Assembly: GCA_013389105.1 (NCBI GenBank)
Contig: JACADZ010000029.1
Span: 5,924-69,923 of the forward strand
Direction: 5' to 3'
DNA length: 64,000 bases
From: Parvularculaceae bacterium
GTDB lineage: Bacteria; Pseudomonadota; Alphaproteobacteria; Caulobacterales; Parvularculaceae
A program made the position numbers and the translations under genes. Positions within the stretch are counted from its first letter, which is position 1; the number at the start of each line of letters is the position of its first letter. The notes beneath the pieces are model-generated. The model had not been told where the DNA came from, searched no databases, and saw only the letters and a program-made list of their open reading frames with translations. Below, in pieces: positions 36,955-46,983 of the stretch.

Positions 36955-38547
36955 ATGAGCTTCATGACCAAAGCGGCGGCGGCCGCTCTGTCGCGTTTTG
37001 AGGACCGGGCTCCGGCGCACCTGCGCAACCTCCCCCCCGCCGCGCTTTACGAACTTGCGCTGCGCCGCGGCGAAGGCATGGCCGCCGCCGAAGGTCCCCT
37101 GGTCGTTAGAACCGGCGAACACACTGGCCGCTCCGCCAGCGACAAGTTCACGGTCCGCAGCCCGGAAACGGAGAACGAGGTCTGGTGGGACAACAACAAG
37201 GCGATGACGCCGGAGGCTTTCGATCGCCTCTTCGGCGACATGCTCGAGCACGCCTCGCGGCTCGAGCTCTTCAGCCAGGATCTCTATGGCGGCGCCGACC
37301 CCGACTACCGGATCAAGGTCCGCGTGCTGACGGAGTTTGCGTGGCACTCGCTTTTCATCCATCACCTGCTCGTTCGGCCGCCTCGCGCCGAGCGGGGCCA
37401 GGAGCCTGATTTCACCATCATCGACCTGCCGAGCTTCTCGGCCGACCCGGCGCGTCACGGATGCCGCTCGAAAACCGTGATCGCGGTCGATTTCTCGCGG
37501 CGCTTCGTCCTTATCGGCGGCACGTCCTACGCGGGCGAGATGAAGAAGTCGGTCTTCACGATCCTCAACTACATCCTGCCCGGCCGCGGCGTGATGCCGA
37601 TGCACTGCTCGGTCAATGTCGGCCGGAACAACGACCCCGCCGTCTTCTTCGGCCTCTCCGGCACAGGCAAGACGACGCTTTCGGCCGATCCCAACCGGAC
37701 CCTGATCGGCGACGACGAACACGGCTGGGGGCCGAACGGCCTCTTCAACTTCGAAGGCGGCTGCTACGCCAAGATGATCCGCCTGTCGCCGACCGCAGAG
37801 CCTGAAATCTATGCGACCACGAAGCGCTTCGGCACGGTTCTTGAGAACGTCGTCATGGACCCCGTGACCCGGACCCTCGACCTCGACGATGCGTCGCTCG
37901 CCGAGAATTCGCGGGGCGCTTACCCGATCGACTACATCCCGAACGCCTCGACGACGGGACGAACGACGCATCCGAGAAACGTCGTCATGCTAACGGCCGA
38001 CGCATTCGGCGTGCTGCCGCCGATCGCGCGACTGACGCCGGAACAAGCCATGTACCATTTCCTCTCGGGCTTCACCGCCAAGGTCGCCGGTACGGAGAAA
38101 GGGCTCGGCAGGGAGCCGCAGCCGACCTTTTCCACCTGCTTCGGCGCGCCGTTCATGCCGAGGCATCCATCCGTCTACGGAAAGCTGCTCGGCGAGCTGA
38201 TCGCCCGCCACAAGACTGACTGCTGGCTGGTCTCGACGGGCTGGACCGGCGGCCCCTTCGGCGCCGGCGGCCGCATGCCGATCAAGGCGACGCGGGCCCT
38301 GCTCTCCGCGGCGCTCGACGGATCCCTGAGGGCCGCACCCTACAGGACGGACGCGGTTTTCGGCTTCGACATCCCGACCGCGGTCGCCGGCGTCGATCCA
38401 AAGCTGCTCGATCCCCGGGCGACCTGGAGCGCTGGCGCCGACTATGACGCGCAGGCCCGCAAGCTCGCAGGGATGTTTCGCGACAATTTCGTGAAGTTCG
38501 CGCCGTTCGTCTCGGAAGCGGTCAAGGCGGGTGGGCCGAAGGTCTGA
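36955..38547 (+). CDS. pckA: phosphoenolpyruvate carboxykinase (ATP)
   Basis: ATG at 36955 after [41 protein letters not shown] kinase motifs; 530 aa. Confidence 0.95.
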   Translation: MSFMTKAAAAALSRFEDRAPAHLRNLPPAALYELALRRGEGMAAAEGPLVVRTGEHTGRSASDKFTVRSPETENEVWWDNNKAMTPEAFDRLFGDMLEHASRLELFSQDLYGGADPDYRIKVRVLTEFAWHSLFIHHLLVRPPRAERGQEPDFTIIDLPSFSADPARHGCRSKTVIAVDFSRRFVLIGGTSYAGEMKKSVFTILNYILPGRGVMPMHCSVNVGRNNDPAVFFGLSGTGKTTLSADPNRTLIGDDEHGWGPNGLFNFEGGCYAKMIRLSPTAEPEIYATTKRFGTVLENVVMDPVTRTLDLDDASLAENSRGAYPIDYIPNASTTGRTTHPRNVVMLTADAFGVLPPIARLTPEQAMYHFLSGFTAKVAGTEKGLGREPQPTFSTCFGAPFMPRHPSVYGKLLGELIARHKTDCWLVSTGWTGGPFGAGGRMPIKATRALLSAALDGSLRAAPYRTDAVFGFDIPTAVAGVDPKLLDPRATWSAGADYDAQARKLAGMFRDNFVKFAPFVSEAVKAGGPKV

Positions 38548-38630
38548 CCTCGCGCGGCGGGGCGGCTTGCGGCCCCCCGCAGGACGGCTATTCTCCCCGC
38601 CGCACTCCCGCGCCAGATGAGGATTGAACG

Positions 38631-40778
38631 ATGCTGAAGACGCTCACCGCCGGCGCCGCCGCGCTGCTCGTCATCGCCGGCGCCGCCGAGTCCGCCGACA
38701 AGAAAACGCATGCGGAAATGGACGAATTTCTCTGGCTTGAGAATATCGAGGGCAAGAAAGCGCTGGACTGGGTTCGCGCGGAGAACGCGCGCTCGCTTGG
38801 CGAACTCGAGGCGGACCCGCGCTTTGCGAGCCTTTACGAGGATGCGCTCTCGATCCTCACCTCAAAGGCGCGGATCCCCTATGGCGCCATTCACAGCGGC
38901 CGCGTCTACAATTTCTGGCAGGACGACACCCATGTGCGCGGACTATGGCGACGCGCTTCGGTCGAAAGCTACCGGGCGGGCGCGCCGGAATGGGAAACCC
39001 TGATCGACTTCGACCAGCTGGCCAAGGATGAGGGAGAGAACTGGATCCATGGCGACATCGTCTGCCTCTCGCCCGAATACCGGCACTGCATGGTCGAGAT
39101 GTCTTTTGGCGGAAAGGATGCGGCGGTCTGGCGCGAATTCGACACGACCGAGAAGAAATTCGTCGACGGCGGATTTTTCCTCCCAGAGGCGAAGTCGGGC
39201 GTTGCGTGGATCGACAAGGACACGCTGCTCGTCGGGACTGATCGTGGTCCGGGAACTCTGACCGACTCCGGTTATGCCCGCACGCTCGTAAAGCTCGCCC
39301 GCGGCGGCAAACTCAAGGATGCGCCGGTGTTCGCGGAAGGCGGAAAGACCGACGTGGCGGTGTGGGGGCGCGTAGAGCATGACGGCGGCAAGGCGCACCT
39401 CTTCGCGCAGCGCGCCGTGTCGTTTTTCGAAACCGAGTACTGGTACTCGCCGAACGCCGAAACCGCGCCGGTCAAGCTTGCCCTGCCCCTGAACGCCGAT
39501 CTCCAGGGCGTCTTCGACGGTCGGGCGATCTTCCTCCTGCGAGAGCCATGGCTGTTCAGGAACACGGAGTATCCGCAGGGCTCGGTCGTCGCTTACGACC
39601 TTGGCGGCGCAGGGGCCGAACTTGTGATGGCTGCGAACGATCGTCAGTCAATCGAGGCGGTCGAGGTCGGCAAGACCTCGATCATCATACAGTATCTTGA
39701 AGACGTCTCGGGCAAAGCCGCGAGGCTCACTCGCGGCACGAGGAACGGCTGGAAGGCCAAGACGATCGATCTGCCGAAGAACGGCGTCGTCGCCATCGTT
39801 TCAGCAGGCGGCGGCACGGATGACGCACTGCTCTCATTCGAGAGCCTCACCGTCCCCGATACCCTCTATTTCGTCAGCGCCAAAAACAAAGTCGCGCGGA
39901 TCGCGCAGGCGCCTGCTTTCTACGATGCGACGGACGTCGTCGTGGAGCAGCGCTTCGCGACTTCGACGGACGGCGCGAAGATTCCCTATTTCGTCATGGC
40001 CAAGAAAGACGTTCTGGCGGCGGGAAGCGCGCCGACGGTCCAGTACGGCTATGGCGGCTTCCTGTCCGCGACCTTGCCCGTCTACTACGAGGACCCGGCA
40101 CGGCCGCAGCATGGCGCCATCGCCGGCAAATTGTGGATATCGCGCGGCGGCGTGCTGGTCCTGTCGAACATTCGCGGCGGCTCGGAGTATGGACCGAAGT
40201 GGCATCAGGCGGGGTTAAAGGAAAACCGCCAGAAGGTGTTCGACGACTTCATCGCGATCTCCGAGCACCTGATCGAGACCGGCGTCACCACGGCTGACAA
40301 GCTCGGCGCCATCGGCCGATCGAACGGCGGCCTTCTCATGGGCGCGCTGCTGACCCAGCGCCCCGAGCTCTACGAAGCGATGGTCGTCGGCGTGCCGCTC
40401 TTCGACATGCAGCGCTACAACAAGCTGCTCGCCGGCGCCTCGTGGATGGCCGAATACGGCGACCCCGACAAGGCCGAAGAGTGGGCGTATATTTCTCAGT
40501 ACTCGCCCTATCAGAAACTGGCGCCGGACAAGCCCTATCCCAAGGCGTTCTTCTACACCTCGACCAAAGACGACCGCGTCCACCCAGGCCACGCCCGCAA
40601 GGCGGTCGCGAAGCTCGAGAAGCTCGGCTATCCCGTCTATTATTACGAGAACATCGAAGGCGGTCACGGCGGCACGGCGAACCAGGAACAGCTCTCGAGG
40701 CGCATAGCGCTCGAATACGGCTATTTCGCGCGGATGCTGATGCCGGAGGGCGCTGAGCCAAACGCCGCCTCCGATTAG
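38631..40778 (+). CDS. S9A prolyl oligopeptidase-family serine peptidase, exported
   Basis: Signal peptide MLKTLTAGAAALLVIAGAAESA. Beta-propeller-sized N-terminal part. Catalytic GRSNGGLL (Ser), DDRV (Asp), GGHGG (His). Confidence 0.85.
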   Translation: MLKTLTAGAAALLVIAGAAESADKKTHAEMDEFLWLENIEGKKALDWVRAENARSLGELEADPRFASLYEDALSILTSKARIPYGAIHSGRVYNFWQDDTHVRGLWRRASVESYRAGAPEWETLIDFDQLAKDEGENWIHGDIVCLSPEYRHCMVEMSFGGKDAAVWREFDTTEKKFVDGGFFLPEAKSGVAWIDKDTLLVGTDRGPGTLTDSGYARTLVKLARGGKLKDAPVFAEGGKTDVAVWGRVEHDGGKAHLFAQRAVSFFETEYWYSPNAETAPVKLALPLNADLQGVFDGRAIFLLREPWLFRNTEYPQGSVVAYDLGGAGAELVMAANDRQSIEAVEVGKTSIIIQYLEDVSGKAARLTRGTRNGWKAKTIDLPKNGVVAIVSAGGGTDDALLSFESLTVPDTLYFVSAKNKVARIAQAPAFYDATDVVVEQRFATSTDGAKIPYFVMAKKDVLAAGSAPTVQYGYGGFLSATLPVYYEDPARPQHGAIAGKLWISRGGVLVLSNIRGGSEYGPKWHQAGLKENRQKVFDDFIAISEHLIETGVTTADKLGAIGRSNGGLLMGALLTQRPELYEAMVVGVPLFDMQRYNKLLAGASWMAEYGDPDKAEEWAYISQYSPYQKLAPDKPYPKAFFYTSTKDDRVHPGHARKAVAKLEKLGYPVYYYENIEGGHGGTANQEQLSRRIALEYGYFARMLMPEGAEPNAASD

Positions 40779-40940
40779 GGTTGCGCCGCCGCGACGCGTC
40801 CGCTACGGAGGCGGCTTCTTCGGGAACCTTAGGGTTTTCCGCGTCCGCCGGCACGACCCCCTCTGTGGAGGGACGGGGCCGGGGATGTCCCGCCGCCAGG
40901 GTAACGCCCTCGCGGCGGCGAGGAAGGTTTTGAGGGACCG

Positions 40941-42485
40941 ATGTTCGATTCGCTGAGCGAGAGACTGGGCTCGATCTTCGAGAAGCTGCGCGGCAGGGGC
41001 GCGCTCGAGGAGAAGGACGTCGATGCGGCGCTCCGCGAAGTGCGCGTCGCGCTCCTCGAGGCCGACGTCGCGCTCAAGGTCGCCAAGGATTTCATCGCGA
41101 GAGTGCGCGAGCGCGCCGTAGGCGCCGAGGTGCTGCGCTCGGTGACGCCAGGCCAGCAGGTCGTCAAAATCGTCCATGACGTCCTGGTTGAGACGCTTGG
41201 AGGCGGGCCGGACGCCGACCGCGACGCTGGCGTCCTCAATCTCGCGATGGCGCCGCCGGCGCCGATTTTGATGATCGGATTGCAGGGCTCGGGCAAGACG
41301 ACCACGACCGCCAAGGTCGCGCGGCGGCTTCAGGAACGCGAGAAGAAGCGCGTGCTCATGGCGTCGCTCGACACGCGCCGCCCGGCGGCGCAAGAGCAGC
41401 TCAAGGTTCTCGGCGAACAGGCCGACGTCAGGACCCTTCCCATCATCGCCGGCCAGAACCCGCTCGACATCGCGCGGCGCGCGCTCGAGGCGGGAAAGCT
41501 CGGCGGGTTCGACGTCGTCATGCTGGACACCGCGGGCCGGACCTCGATCGACGAGCAGCTGATGGCAGAGATCGCCGACCTGCACGCGCTCGCCCGCCCG
41601 ATCGAGACCCTTCTCGTGGTTGACGCCCTGACCGGCCAGGACGCCGTCGAAACCGCCTCGAGGTTCAAGGCGCGCGTGCCCGTCACGGGCGTGGTCATGA
41701 CCCGTATTGACGGCGATGCGCGCGGCGGCGCCGCCCTCTCCATGCGCGCGGTCACCGGCGCCCCGATCAAGTTCGTCGGGGTCGGCGAGAAGCTTGACGC
41801 GCTCGACGTTTTCGACGCCGCGCGCATGGCGGGCCGCATCCTCGGCATGGGCGACATCGTCAGCCTGGTCGAGAAGGCCGCCGAGGAGATGGACCTCGCC
41901 AAGGCCGAGAAGGCCGCCCGAAAAATGGCCAAGGGCGAGTTCGATCTCGATGATCTCGCCGAACAGTTTGGCCAGATGCGCAAGATGGGCGGCATGGGGG
42001 CGATTTTGGGGCTCCTGCCCGGCATGGGCAAGGTGAAGAAGATGGTCGATGAAGCCGGCGGCTTCAATGACAAGGAGATCCGCCGGCAGGAAGCGATCAT
42101 CAGCTCAATGACCAAGGAGGAGCGACGCAAACCCGCGCTCATGAACGCCAAGCGCAAGATCCGCGTCGCGGCGGGCTCCGGCACTAGCGTGCCGGAGGTC
42201 AACAAGCTCCTCAAGGCCCACCGCCAGATGGCCGATATGATGAAAAAGATGGGCAAGGGCGGCATGAAGGGGCTGGCGCAGCAGATGATGGGCCTTGGCG
42301 GCGCAATTCCCGGCGGCGGCCGGCCTGGCATGAGCAAGGCCGACCTCGCCGCGCTCGGAGCCGGAAAAGCTCCAAATGCGGACGATGTCGACTTCGAGGC
42401 GATCGAGAAGGCGCTCCAGGGCCGCGGCGCGCTGCCGCCCGGCCTTCCCGGCATGGGCGCTCCCGGATTCGGCAGGAAAAAGTGA
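40941..42485 (+). CDS. ffh: signal recognition particle protein Ffh
   Basis: MFDSLSERLGSIFEKLRG..., GLQGSGKTTT, DTAGR, TRIDGD, Met-rich M domain. Confidence 0.97.
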   Translation: MFDSLSERLGSIFEKLRGRGALEEKDVDAALREVRVALLEADVALKVAKDFIARVRERAVGAEVLRSVTPGQQVVKIVHDVLVETLGGGPDADRDAGVLNLAMAPPAPILMIGLQGSGKTTTTAKVARRLQEREKKRVLMASLDTRRPAAQEQLKVLGEQADVRTLPIIAGQNPLDIARRALEAGKLGGFDVVMLDTAGRTSIDEQLMAEIADLHALARPIETLLVVDALTGQDAVETASRFKARVPVTGVVMTRIDGDARGGAALSMRAVTGAPIKFVGVGEKLDALDVFDAARMAGRILGMGDIVSLVEKAAEEMDLAKAEKAARKMAKGEFDLDDLAEQFGQMRKMGGMGAILGLLPGMGKVKKMVDEAGGFNDKEIRRQEAIISSMTKEERRKPALMNAKRKIRVAAGSGTSVPEVNKLLKAHRQMADMMKKMGKGGMKGLAQQMMGLGGAIPGGGRPGMSKADLAALGAGKAPNADDVDFEAIEKALQGRGALPPGLPGMGAPGFGRKK

Positions 42486-42538
42486 ACCATCGAGGCGCGT
42501 AAGACCTCGGCAAACCCAAACGAAAGGAAGACGAAACC

Positions 42539-42895
42539 ATGTCTCTCAAGATCAGGCTCGCCCGAGGCGGCGCAAAAAAGAAGCCGTATTATTTCATTGT
42601 GGCCGCCGACGGGCGCTCGGCCCGCGACGGCAAATTCATCGAGAAGCTAGGCACCTTCGACCCGCTGATGAAGAAGGACGACCCGAAGCGCGTTCAATAC
42701 AATGAGGAACGAGTGAAATACTGGCTGAAAGTCGGCGCCCAGCCGACCGACCGCATGGCGCGCATCCTCTCCGCCAACGGCATCGTGAAATGGGAGCGCG
42801 GCAACAATCCGAAGAAGGCCGAGCCCAAAGCGAAAGCCAAAGAACGCGCCGCCGCCAAGGCGGAGAAAGCCAAGGCCGCCGAACCCGCGGCGTAG
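42539..42895 (+). CDS. rpsP: 30S ribosomal protein S16
   Basis: [41 protein letters not shown], with a Lys/Ala-rich C-terminal extension. Confidence 0.97.
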   Translation: MSLKIRLARGGAKKKPYYFIVAADGRSARDGKFIEKLGTFDPLMKKDDPKRVQYNEERVKYWLKVGAQPTDRMARILSANGIVKWERGNNPKKAEPKAKAKERAAAKAEKAKAAEPAA

Positions 42896-43116
42896 CGCCT
42901 GCGGGTCGATGCCGGCGACGAGCCGGCGCCCCGTTAGCCGTTTTGGCATGCCTCGGTGCGACGATCTCGTCGTTCACGGGAAGCCGCAGCTGATGACCTG
43001 AGCCGTTTGGGTCCCGAAGTCTTTGGAAGAGTCCGCCGGTTGATGATTCAGGAACTTTCTGGTGGGCAAGCCCGTTCGCGAGCATCAGCTCTGTCGGCTT
43101 CACGTAATTCCTAAGG

Positions 43117-43193
43117 TGGTACCGCCTCCTGGTCTCGAACCAGGGACCTCTAGATCCACAATCTAGCGCTCTAACCAACTGAGCTAAGGCGGC
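43117..43193 (-). tRNA. tRNA-His (anticodon GTG), CCA encoded, no encoded G-1
   Basis: Hand-folded 77-nt cloverleaf: GCCGCCT TA GCTC AGTTGGTTA GAGC G CTAGA TTGTGGA TCTAG AGGTC CCTGG TTCGAGA CCAGG AGGCGGT A CCA. Confidence 0.9.
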
Positions 43194-43292
43194 TCTTGTC
43201 CGGCGCCGGGTCAGTCCGGCGGGAAGCGCAACGGTATAGCGGCCGGACCTGCGGGCGCAAGGCGCGCCAGGGTGGCAGGCGCCGTCTGCCGG

Positions 43293-44069
43293 CTATTGCC
43301 CGCGCGGGGGCAGCGTTGCGATGATCTCCCTGATTTGGGCGATGCGCGTGGCGTCGGACGGGTGGGTCGACAGGAACTCCGGCGGCTTCTGCCCGCCGGC
43401 GGAACTCATCTTGGTCCAGAACTTCAAGGCCTCGTTCGGATCATAGCCGGCGCGGTTCATGTAAACGATGCCGAGACGGTCCGCCTCGAGTTCGTGCTTG
43501 CGCGAGAACGGAAGGAGCACGCCGTACTGGCCGGCGAGCCCCAGCGCGCCGACGGCGATCTGCCCGGTTTGGCTGCCGGAGCCGATAGCCGCCTGAAGCC
43601 CCTGCAGCACCACATTGGTTCCGAGCTGTTGCGATACGCGCTCGCCCCCGTGATTGGCGCGCACATGGGCGACTTCGTGGCCGACGACGGTTGCGAGCTG
43701 CGCGTCGTTCTCCATGAGGTCCATGAGGCCGGTGTAGACGGCGAAATGATTGCCGGGGAGAGCGAAGGCGTTGAGGTCCTTGGAGTCGAACACGCGCCAT
43801 TCCCACTGCGCCGGATACTCGCCGGCGGCGCGCAGAATCTTCGGCGCCACACGATCGAGCCGGCTCACATAGCGCGGATCGGTCGAGGCTCGTTCCTTGG
43901 ATTTGACGTCCGACCAGGCGGTCGCGCCGAGCGAGGCCATTTGCTCGCCGGGAATGAGCGAGAACTGATCGCGCCCGAGCTCCTCGTTGTAAGCACAGGC
44001 GGCGACAACCGCGGCGAGCGCCGCGCCCGCCGCTATTCGCACCCAGGTCTTCAGCGTGCGTCCAGCCAT
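43293..44069 (-). CDS. M48-family zinc metallopeptidase, lipoprotein
   Basis: ATG at 44069 after AAGGAG. Lipobox AAVVAAC. HEVAHV zinc motif plus downstream E. Only the C-terminal 258 codons of the 637-aa track ORF are credible. Confidence 0.85.
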   Translation of the reverse strand: MAGRTLKTWVRIAAGAALAAVVAACAYNEELGRDQFSLIPGEQMASLGATAWSDVKSKERASTDPRYVSRLDRVAPKILRAAGEYPAQWEWRVFDSKDLNAFALPGNHFAVYTGLMDLMENDAQLATVVGHEVAHVRANHGGERVSQQLGTNVVLQGLQAAIGSGSQTGQIAVGALGLAGQYGVLLPFSRKHELEADRLGIVYMNRAGYDPNEALKFWTKMSSAGGQKPPEFLSTHPSDATRIAQIREIIATLPPRGQ

Positions 44070-44228
44070 GGCGATCAATCTCCTTCGAGCCCCGGCGAGA
44101 CAATAGGAAGAGAGTGCGGCGGCGACAAGGCAGGGCAGGCGACAGGAGAGGCGGCGACCCAGCGCGCACTTGCGCATCGCCGCCATTTGCAGGATCGTCC
44201 CGCCGCCGCCCCCGGGGTCCGCACGAGC

Positions 44229-44672
44229 ATGAACCGCCTTGCCCTGCTCTTCGTCTGCGCCGCGCTCGGGGCCTGCCAGACGCCGGGAGCCGCATCGCTT
44301 TCGGAAATCCAAAGCGCCTCCAACTGGAATCTCGACGATGGCGATGCGCTCGCCTTCCGCTATCAGCGCGACATGCGCCGCCTGTTGGTCGGTCGCGACA
44401 TCGCCGGCGCGCTCGGCGAGTTGCGCGCCGACGGTTACGAATGCGCGACCGGAGAGGCGCACGAGGATCACCCGGACCCGATGTCCCAATGCAAGAAGAG
44501 CTTCGCGACGCGGGCCTGCCAGCTCGACTGGCGCGTCAACCTCGCCGCGAATAACGCGATCGTCGCGGAGGTGGAGACCGGCTTCGCTCGCGACTGCGTC
44601 GGCAGGGATCGCGACTTTCCGGCCGCGAAAGACTCGGCGATCGACGATCAACTGGCGCCGGCGAAGCCTTAA
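44229..44672 (+). CDS. hypothetical lipoprotein
   Basis: MNRLALLFVCAALGAC lipobox, 147 aa, four further Cys. It is the C-terminal part of the 466-aa track ORF, whose upstream part is antisense to the M48 gene. Confidence 0.55.
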   Translation: MNRLALLFVCAALGACQTPGAASLSEIQSASNWNLDDGDALAFRYQRDMRRLLVGRDIAGALGELRADGYECATGEAHEDHPDPMSQCKKSFATRACQLDWRVNLAANNAIVAEVETGFARDCVGRDRDFPAAKDSAIDDQLAPAKP

Positions 44673-45238
44673 GGCTCCAGCACCGAATCCCAGTAGAGGA
44701 AGTCCTGCCAGCTTTCGTGCAGGTAGTGGGGCGGGAAGGCGCGGCCGCGTTCGTTGAGTTCGAACATGGTCGGGCGCGTCGGCTTTCGCGCCGGGTGCAT
44801 TTTGGCGTCGGCCGGCATGCGCCCGCCCTTCTTCAGGTTGCACGGGCTGCAAGCGGCGACGACGTTGTCCCACGTCGTCTTGCCGCCGCGCGAGCGCGGC
44901 ACCACGTGGTCGAAGGTGAGAAGGTCGCGCTCCGCCGACCCGCAGTACTGGCAGGAGAAAGCGTCGCGAAGGAACACGTTGAATCGCGTGAACGCCGGCG
45001 TGCGCGTGTGGCTCACATAGGTCTTCAGCGAGACAACCGAGGGCAGGCGCATCTCGAAGGTTGAGCTGCGCACCTTGGTCTCGTACTGCGCGACGACATC
45101 GACGCGATCGAGGAAGACGGCCTTGAGCGCGTCCTGCCATGACCACAAGGACAACGGGAAATAACTCAGCGGCCGGAAGTCGGCGTTGAGAACGAGGGCG
45201 GGACAACCGTCAGGGGCGTGCGCGTAAGCCTGCATCAC
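44669..45238 (-). CDS. HNH endonuclease-domain protein
   Basis: CQYCGS...FDHVVPRSRGGKTTWDNVVAACSPCNLKK. Stop codons of this gene and the convergent 44229-44672 gene overlap in the palindrome TTAA. Confidence 0.85.
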   Translation of the reverse strand: MMQAYAHAPDGCPALVLNADFRPLSYFPLSLWSWQDALKAVFLDRVDVVAQYETKVRSSTFEMRLPSVVSLKTYVSHTRTPAFTRFNVFLRDAFSCQYCGSAERDLLTFDHVVPRSRGGKTTWDNVVAACSPCNLKKGGRMPADAKMHPARKPTRPTMFELNERGRAFPPHYLHESWQDFLYWDSVLEP

Positions 45239-45592
45239 GCACCTCCTGCGGCGTCAACCGCGACGATCGATCCTTGCGCGCTCTTGGCCTATCTCCCTGT
45301 ATTTGCTGGCGAAGCATAACCTTCGGCCCCCGAGTCGACCATAGCTGATTCTGCTTAACGCCGCGATGACAATGCCGCCGGAGATTTCAGGCGTGCACCA
45401 GCCCCCCAATACGGAAGCCGGCTCACCTCCCCTGCCGCAGGGTCGAAAACAGTCGATTTCCCCGCCCGGGCGAACTTACGTGGCCTGGACGCCACAAGCC
45501 TGGGTCAGGCATGGCGTGCACCGCCGGGTCCGCTTTTGCCCCGCTGGCGGCCGTCATAGGTTGTACGCACCGTAATTGGGGAGTTCCAGACT

Positions 45593-46177
45593 ATGAGACA
45601 TGCGATTGCTGCGGCCGCTGCGGCGGCGGCGCTTTGCGCGGCCCCGGCTCAGGCGGGCTGGTACGTGAAGGCCGGCGGCGGCGTTTCGCTCGCCGGCGAC
45701 CTCGAATGGAGCGGCGCCGACTACGAAACTGACACCGGCTACGCCTTCAGCGGCGCGATCGGCCGTTACCTCGCCCCGAATTTCGCCGTGGAGCTCGAGG
45801 GGTTCCGCGACCGCGTCGAATACAGCTGCTGCAATCCGAACTCGAATTCGTCGTGGAGCGCCATGGTCAACGGCGTGTTCGAAGTGCCGGTCTCGTTCTT
45901 CCTGCGGCCCTATGTCGGAGCCGGCGCCGGTCTGCTCTGGGTCAGGTACGAAAACGACGGCATCGGGTATGAGCGGCGCGACACGGTCGGCGGCTTCCAG
46001 CTGATCGGCGGCCTTTCAGCCGAAGTGTCGTCGAACATCGACCTCTATGTCGAGTATCGCTACCGCGACGCGTTCTCCGACGCGGAGGTCTTCAGTTCGC
46101 CGCCGCCGGGTCCGCTGAATCTCGTATGGGAATACAAGAACAACTTCGTCGGCGGCGGCGTGCGCATCAGCTTCTGA
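45593..46177 (+). CDS. outer-membrane beta-barrel protein (small OmpA-like/Omp25-type porin family)
   Basis: Signal peptide MRHAIAAAAAAAALCAAPAQA, GWYVKAGGG, alternating strands, C-terminal GGGVRISF. Confidence 0.7.
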   Translation: MRHAIAAAAAAAALCAAPAQAGWYVKAGGGVSLAGDLEWSGADYETDTGYAFSGAIGRYLAPNFAVELEGFRDRVEYSCCNPNSNSSWSAMVNGVFEVPVSFFLRPYVGAGAGLLWVRYENDGIGYERRDTVGGFQLIGGLSAEVSSNIDLYVEYRYRDAFSDAEVFSSPPPGPLNLVWEYKNNFVGGGVRISF

Positions 46178-46202
46178 CCGTTGACGGCATGACGGATGGA
46201 AA

Positions 46203-46230
46203 GCGGGACGCTTGCGCGTCCCGCTTTTTT
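46203..46230 (+). terminator. rho-independent terminator after the 45593-46177 gene
   Basis: 8-bp GC stem GCGGGACG/CGTCCCGC, 6-nt loop, then T6 (46225-46230). The stop codon of the convergent 46230-46880 gene overlaps the T-tract. Confidence 0.7.
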
Positions 46231-46880
46231 CATACCGGCGCGCGGCCGCGAAGATGCGCGTAATAGGTCCACAGAATATGCGCTGCAACGCCCCGATACG
46301 GGGCCCATTTGACTGCTTTCGAGTCAAGCCGCTTCTGCTGGGTCCGGCGCCCTGAGGCGGCTTCGTAGGCGCGCAGGAGCGCGATATCGTTCGGCGGCCA
46401 GATGTCGAGACGGCCCTCGCAGAAGAGGAGATAGATCGCGGCAGTCCATGGGCCGACGCCTTTGAGCGTTTGCAGGCTGACGCTGGCGGCGGCGTCGTCG
46501 AGGGTTGCGGTTTCCAGCGTGAAGGCCCCGCAATTGATCGCCGTGGCGAGGCCTAGCACGTAGCGCGCCTTCGGAGCCGACAGTCCCGCGCAGCGCAGCG
46601 CCTCCTCCCCGGCCGCGGCGACGCCTTTCGGATCGAGGGGCGCGAACCGCGCCGCGCAGCGGCCCCAGATCGCCTGCGCGCTCGGCACCGACACCTGCTG
46701 CTCAACGATGATGCGGAAGAGGCCGGCGAAGCCGCCCTCGCGGCGCCGGATATGCGGCCGGCCGATGGCTGCGAGCGCTGCGGCGAGCGCCTTGTCGCGC
46801 GCGGCGAGTTCGGCGCAGGGGAACGAGACGTCGTCGAAAACGTCGATGCGCGCCGCTCGGGGCCTCGTCCGGGCGCGCAT
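46230..46880 (-). CDS. DNA-3-methyladenine glycosylase II family protein (HhH-GPD)
   Basis: HhH-GPD motif LQTLKGVGPWTAAIYLLFCEGRLDIWPPNDIAL; 216 aa. Confidence 0.8.
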   Translation of the reverse strand: MRARTRPRAARIDVFDDVSFPCAELAARDKALAAALAAIGRPHIRRREGGFAGLFRIIVEQQVSVPSAQAIWGRCAARFAPLDPKGVAAAGEEALRCAGLSAPKARYVLGLATAINCGAFTLETATLDDAAASVSLQTLKGVGPWTAAIYLLFCEGRLDIWPPNDIALLRAYEAASGRRTQQKRLDSKAVKWAPYRGVAAHILWTYYAHLRGRAPV

Positions 46881-46983
46881 TATCTTGCAGCCCCAAGGGT
46901 CCGCGGGGACCTACCCCCTTCGGCTAAGCCTAGCGGGGGGAGGCAGGTTGCGGCGTGGAAAGGGGTTCCCAACGAGCGTCGAC

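Noticed and set aside
41330-42490. 386-aa minus-strand ORF
   Set aside because: Antisense to ffh. Ser/Pro/Ala/Arg low-complexity sequence.
42636-43178. 180-aa minus-strand ORF spanning the rpsP 3' end and the tRNA-His gene, plus a possible integrase remnant next to the tRNA
   Set aside because: It overlaps a well-folded tRNA and the rpsP coding region. The translation shows no tyrosine-recombinase motifs, and I found no repeat of the tRNA 3' end.
44070-45206. Upstream 379 codons of the 637-aa minus-strand ORF, and the first 319 codons of the 466-aa plus-strand ORF (43272-44228)
   Set aside because: Only the M48 peptidase part (43293-44069) and the lipoprotein part (44229-44672) have SDs, lipoboxes and motifs. 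The remainders are mutual antisense shadows or overlap the HNH gene in another frame.
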